64,000 nucleotides of DNA from Gemmatimonadota bacterium (GTDB taxonomy: Bacteria > Gemmatimonadota > Gemmatimonadetes > Gemmatimonadales > GWC2-71-9). Position 1 is the stretch's first letter, and every line of letters begins with the position of its first letter. The position numbers and the translations under genes were made by a program. The notes below the pieces were generated by a model. That model was not told the origin of the DNA and did not search any database. It was given only the letters and a program-made list of their open reading frames with translations. Below are positions 62,005 through 64,000 of the stretch, piece after piece. The stretch is taken from assembly GCA_039591075.1 (NCBI GenBank), contig JBDHEI010000004.1:120302-184301 (forward strand), in the 5' to 3' direction.

Positions 62005-62447
62005 CGCGTCAAGTGATCGTCACCCTAGCACTCGTGCTGCTTCTCCCCGTTGTGGCCGGCGCCCAGGAGCGGATACCGGCGGAGCAGGGATTCGAGCGGC
62101 ATCTCTTCCCGCCGGAACTCGTGATGCAACACCAGCGACAGCTCGGTCTCACCGAGCAGCAGCGCACGGTGTTGACCGAATCCATCACGAAGCTGCAGGC
62201 CGACGTGGTGCAGCTGCAGTGGCAGCTCCACGATGCCAGTGCCCGCTTGGGCGAGTTGCTCGAGCCGTCGACGGTTGACGCGCCGGCAGCGCTGCAGCAG
62301 GTGGATCGGATTCTCGAAATCGAGCGGTCGGTGAAAAAGGCGCACCTGGCGCTACTGATCCGGATCAAGAACACGCTCACCGTGGAACAGCAGGCGATGC
62401 TCGCGGAGCTGAAGCAGGAACAGCGGATGCGGGGTCCGGCCCGCTGA
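62001..62447 (+). CDS. Periplasmic Spy/CpxP family protein (LTXXQ motifs)
   Basis: ATG 62001 overlaps the upstream stop (ATGA). Signal peptide MTRQVIVTLALVLLLPVVAGAQ. Two LTXXQ motifs (LGLTEQQRTVL, LTVEQQAML). Confidence 0.75.
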   Translation: MTRQVIVTLALVLLLPVVAGAQERIPAEQGFERHLFPPELVMQHQRQLGLTEQQRTVLTESITKLQADVVQLQWQLHDASARLGELLEPSTVDAPAALQQVDRILEIERSVKKAHLALLIRIKNTLTVEQQAMLAELKQEQRMRGPAR

Positions 62448-62473
62448 GGAGAGTGCCGGAATCCGGAGTGAGC

Positions 62474-62502
62474 GAGCGGGCCGGAAGTGTGCCGGCCCGC
62501 TC
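62474..62502. terminator. Bidirectional hairpin between convergent genes
   Basis: 11-bp perfect stem GAGCGGGCCGG / CCGGCCCGCTC with a 7-nt loop. Lies between the stops at 62447 (+) and 62558 (-). Confidence 0.65.
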
Positions 62503-62557
62503 GGGGTCGCGTGAAGCGGCCAGCATCTGGGAGGCCGCGCGGGCATTCCCGCGGTAC

Positions 62558-63226
62558 TTATCGCCTCTCGATGTCGAGCACCTCAGCGATGCGGCCCACC
62601 ATGCAGATGCTGGCCAAATCGTCGCGGAGCTTCAGCAGCGCCCGGACCTCGAGTCCGTCCACCCGAAACGCGGCAGGCAAACCCAGCGGCTCGTACTGGA
62701 CGGCGTCGTTCACCCGGAGCCCCCAACACCCGCCTTCGACCGGGATGAAGCGCACCGTGCCGTCCACGCGAAAGCTCCCGGGTGGAGTGCCGATCATGTA
62801 TTGCCGGAGCTGTGTGGCGCACATCAGCCGGCCGGTGCCCAAGCGGAAGTCGTGATCGGTCATGCGGGCGTCCGGCTGTGCCAGGGCGACCGTCAGTCGA
62901 GCCCCGCGGACGTCGTCGCATGCGTAGTCCAGCGGCAACCACGCCTCGATGATCGGCACTCCCGCGGTCCATAGCGCGGGCAGCACCGAATCGACCCGCA
63001 CCGAGCTGAAGTCGTACTCGTAGGTCCGCGACGGATCGACTCTCGGGGCCACGTCTGCCGAGGCCATGATCGTCGAGTCGATGTGTGGGAAGATGTCCGG
63101 TGCCGTGTCGCTGCACGCGACCACGACACTCGAGACGAGTCCAATGATGACGACTCCCTGCAGGGCCGGAATCACAGGCAGGGCAGCCGAACGGACAATA
63201 CGTTCTCTCCGATACCGCATGGCCAT
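62558..63226 (-). CDS. Hypothetical lipoprotein
   Basis: 222 aa. Hydrophobic N-terminus ending in VVACSD (lipobox-like). No family recognised. Confidence 0.6.
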   Translation of the reverse strand: MAMRYRRERIVRSAALPVIPALQGVVIIGLVSSVVVACSDTAPDIFPHIDSTIMASADVAPRVDPSRTYEYDFSSVRVDSVLPALWTAGVPIIEAWLPLDYACDDVRGARLTVALAQPDARMTDHDFRLGTGRLMCATQLRQYMIGTPPGSFRVDGTVRFIPVEGGCWGLRVNDAVQYEPLGLPAAFRVDGLEVRALLKLRDDLASICMVGRIAEVLDIERR

Positions 63227-63352
63227 TGCTCGTGTTGCGTCACTCTATCATACCCGTGCATTGGTCGGCAGGTCACACGTGGGTACGAGTTCCCTTGGGT
63301 GTTGACGATGCATTCCTAGCCCAGCGTGGTTGGTGCCGCTAGGTTGCTGCGC

Positions 63353-64000
63353 ATGAGTGACAGGATGCTGATCGTTTCGAACCCACCGCACCGGCCCGGC
63401 GACAGGTCGGCGGCCGTGTGGTGCTTCGATATCTCGCCACTGGAGGTTACGGCGAAGGCGGCGTATGCCGTTCCGGAGATCTGGTTTGCCGATTCGGACC
63501 GTGGGGTGCTCGCGGGGATTTCGAAGGTCTTGGAGGCCGTCGGCCTCAGCACCCTTTGGGTGAGGGAGGAAGAACTAGTAGCTGTACCCGCGCCGATCAC
63601 TGTCGATCGCGTCGAATTCGATGATCGGGGCCTGATGCTGGAGTACGGTGCCTCCCAGATGCTGGTGCGCCGTACCATTCCTGTGGTCGCAGTGGTCTGC
63701 CGCCCGTCGGTACCTGGGACACGGGAGGCAATGCCCGGAGAGACCGAGACGGCGCACGATGCTGAAATAGCATCGTTCATTGACCTCTACGTCCGTGACG
63801 CGGGGGCGCTCAGGCGTTTCTCGGTGATGCAGGGTCTCGTCGACTTCACCGCGCTCGACGCGGCGCCGCAGGGGCCGGCTACCATGGACGCGTTCGCCGA
63901 GCTGTGCGAGCAGGGCTTCCCCCACGCGCGGATCGATCGGCGGCTCGTTGGCACCCGAGTGAGACGGCGCCGCATTCCGACAGATCTGCGATCGGCGTCA
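63353..64000 (+). CDS. Hypothetical protein, 3' end outside the window (not listed in the ORF track)
   Basis: Hand translation from ATG 63353 gives 216 codons with no stop to the window edge (MSDRMLIVSNPPHRPGDRSAAVWCFDISPLEV...). Third positions are mostly G/C. The competing minus ORF 63316..63780 is Ser/Thr/Arg-rich and not protein-like. Confidence 0.6.
   Translation, partial: MSDRMLIVSNPPHRPGDRSAAVWCFDISPLEVTAKAAYAVPEIWFADSDRGVLAGISKVLEAVGLSTLWVREEELVAVPAPITVDRVEFDDRGLMLEYGASQMLVRRTIPVVAVVCRPSVPGTREAMPGETETAHDAEIASFIDLYVRDAGALRRFSVMQGLVDFTALDAAPQGPATMDAFAELCEQGFPHARIDRRLVGTRVRRRRIPTDLRSAS

Noticed and set aside
63316-63780. 154-aa minus-strand ORF listed in the track.
   Set aside because: The composition is Ser/Thr/Arg/Ala-rich and there is no start context. 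The opposite strand carries a longer uninterrupted frame with better codon bias (63353 to the window end).

Overview
GC-rich bacterial chromosomal segment. It is probably from a diderm: it carries beta-barrel OMPs ending in aromatic residues, lipoboxes, Tat/Sec signals and CpxP-like periplasmic proteins. The gene content vaguely suggests Gemmatimonadota or Acidobacteriota, but I cannot test that here.

I support about 80 protein-coding genes. I recognised no rRNA, tRNA, CRISPR array, transposase, integrase or phage gene. Coding is dense and heavily biased to the minus strand: 24.5-41.4 kb and 42.7-60.9 kb are almost uninterrupted minus-strand runs with many 4-nt ATGA/GTGA overlaps.

Clear housekeeping genes:
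- leuS, serA with a class-V aminotransferase, dut, msrA and a cold-shock protein
- a NAPRT plus nicotinamidase-like pair
- a lysine 6-aminotransferase-like gene

These sit among two ECF sigma/anti-sigma modules, peptidases (M14, M20, S51, glycosylasparaginase-type), regulators (TetR, PadR, AraC) and many conserved hypotheticals.

The GC-rich sequence produces many long spurious ORFs, both antisense and as 5' extensions. I trimmed starts by hand using signal peptides, RBS-like sequences and overlaps with neighbouring genes.

Best candidates for something undescribed, all modest and unproven:
1. The 46.5-50.6 kb locus. It holds two tandem paralogous ~115-aa proteins and a 427-aa TPR protein. Converging on the TPR gene is a 51-codon exported-peptide gene, with one CTAG serving as the stop codon for both. 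The peptide gene is divergent from an AraC regulator with a pseudo-receiver, followed by a STAS-like protein and a small Cys-tailed protein.
2. A 54-codon ribbon-helix-helix ORF missing from the ORF track, downstream of an SPFH gene, with a matching AT-rich palindrome upstream of that operon.
3. An alkyltransferase-like (PWHRV) gene with no canonical start codon, plus a second Cys-less MGMT-fold gene and a YcaQ-type glycosylase.
4. An overlapping Zn-ribbon / unknown / secreted S51-peptidase operon.

I see no strong, self-evident novel system (defence, RiPP, secretion, mobile). All hairpin and motif coordinates were indexed by hand and may be off by 1-2 nt.
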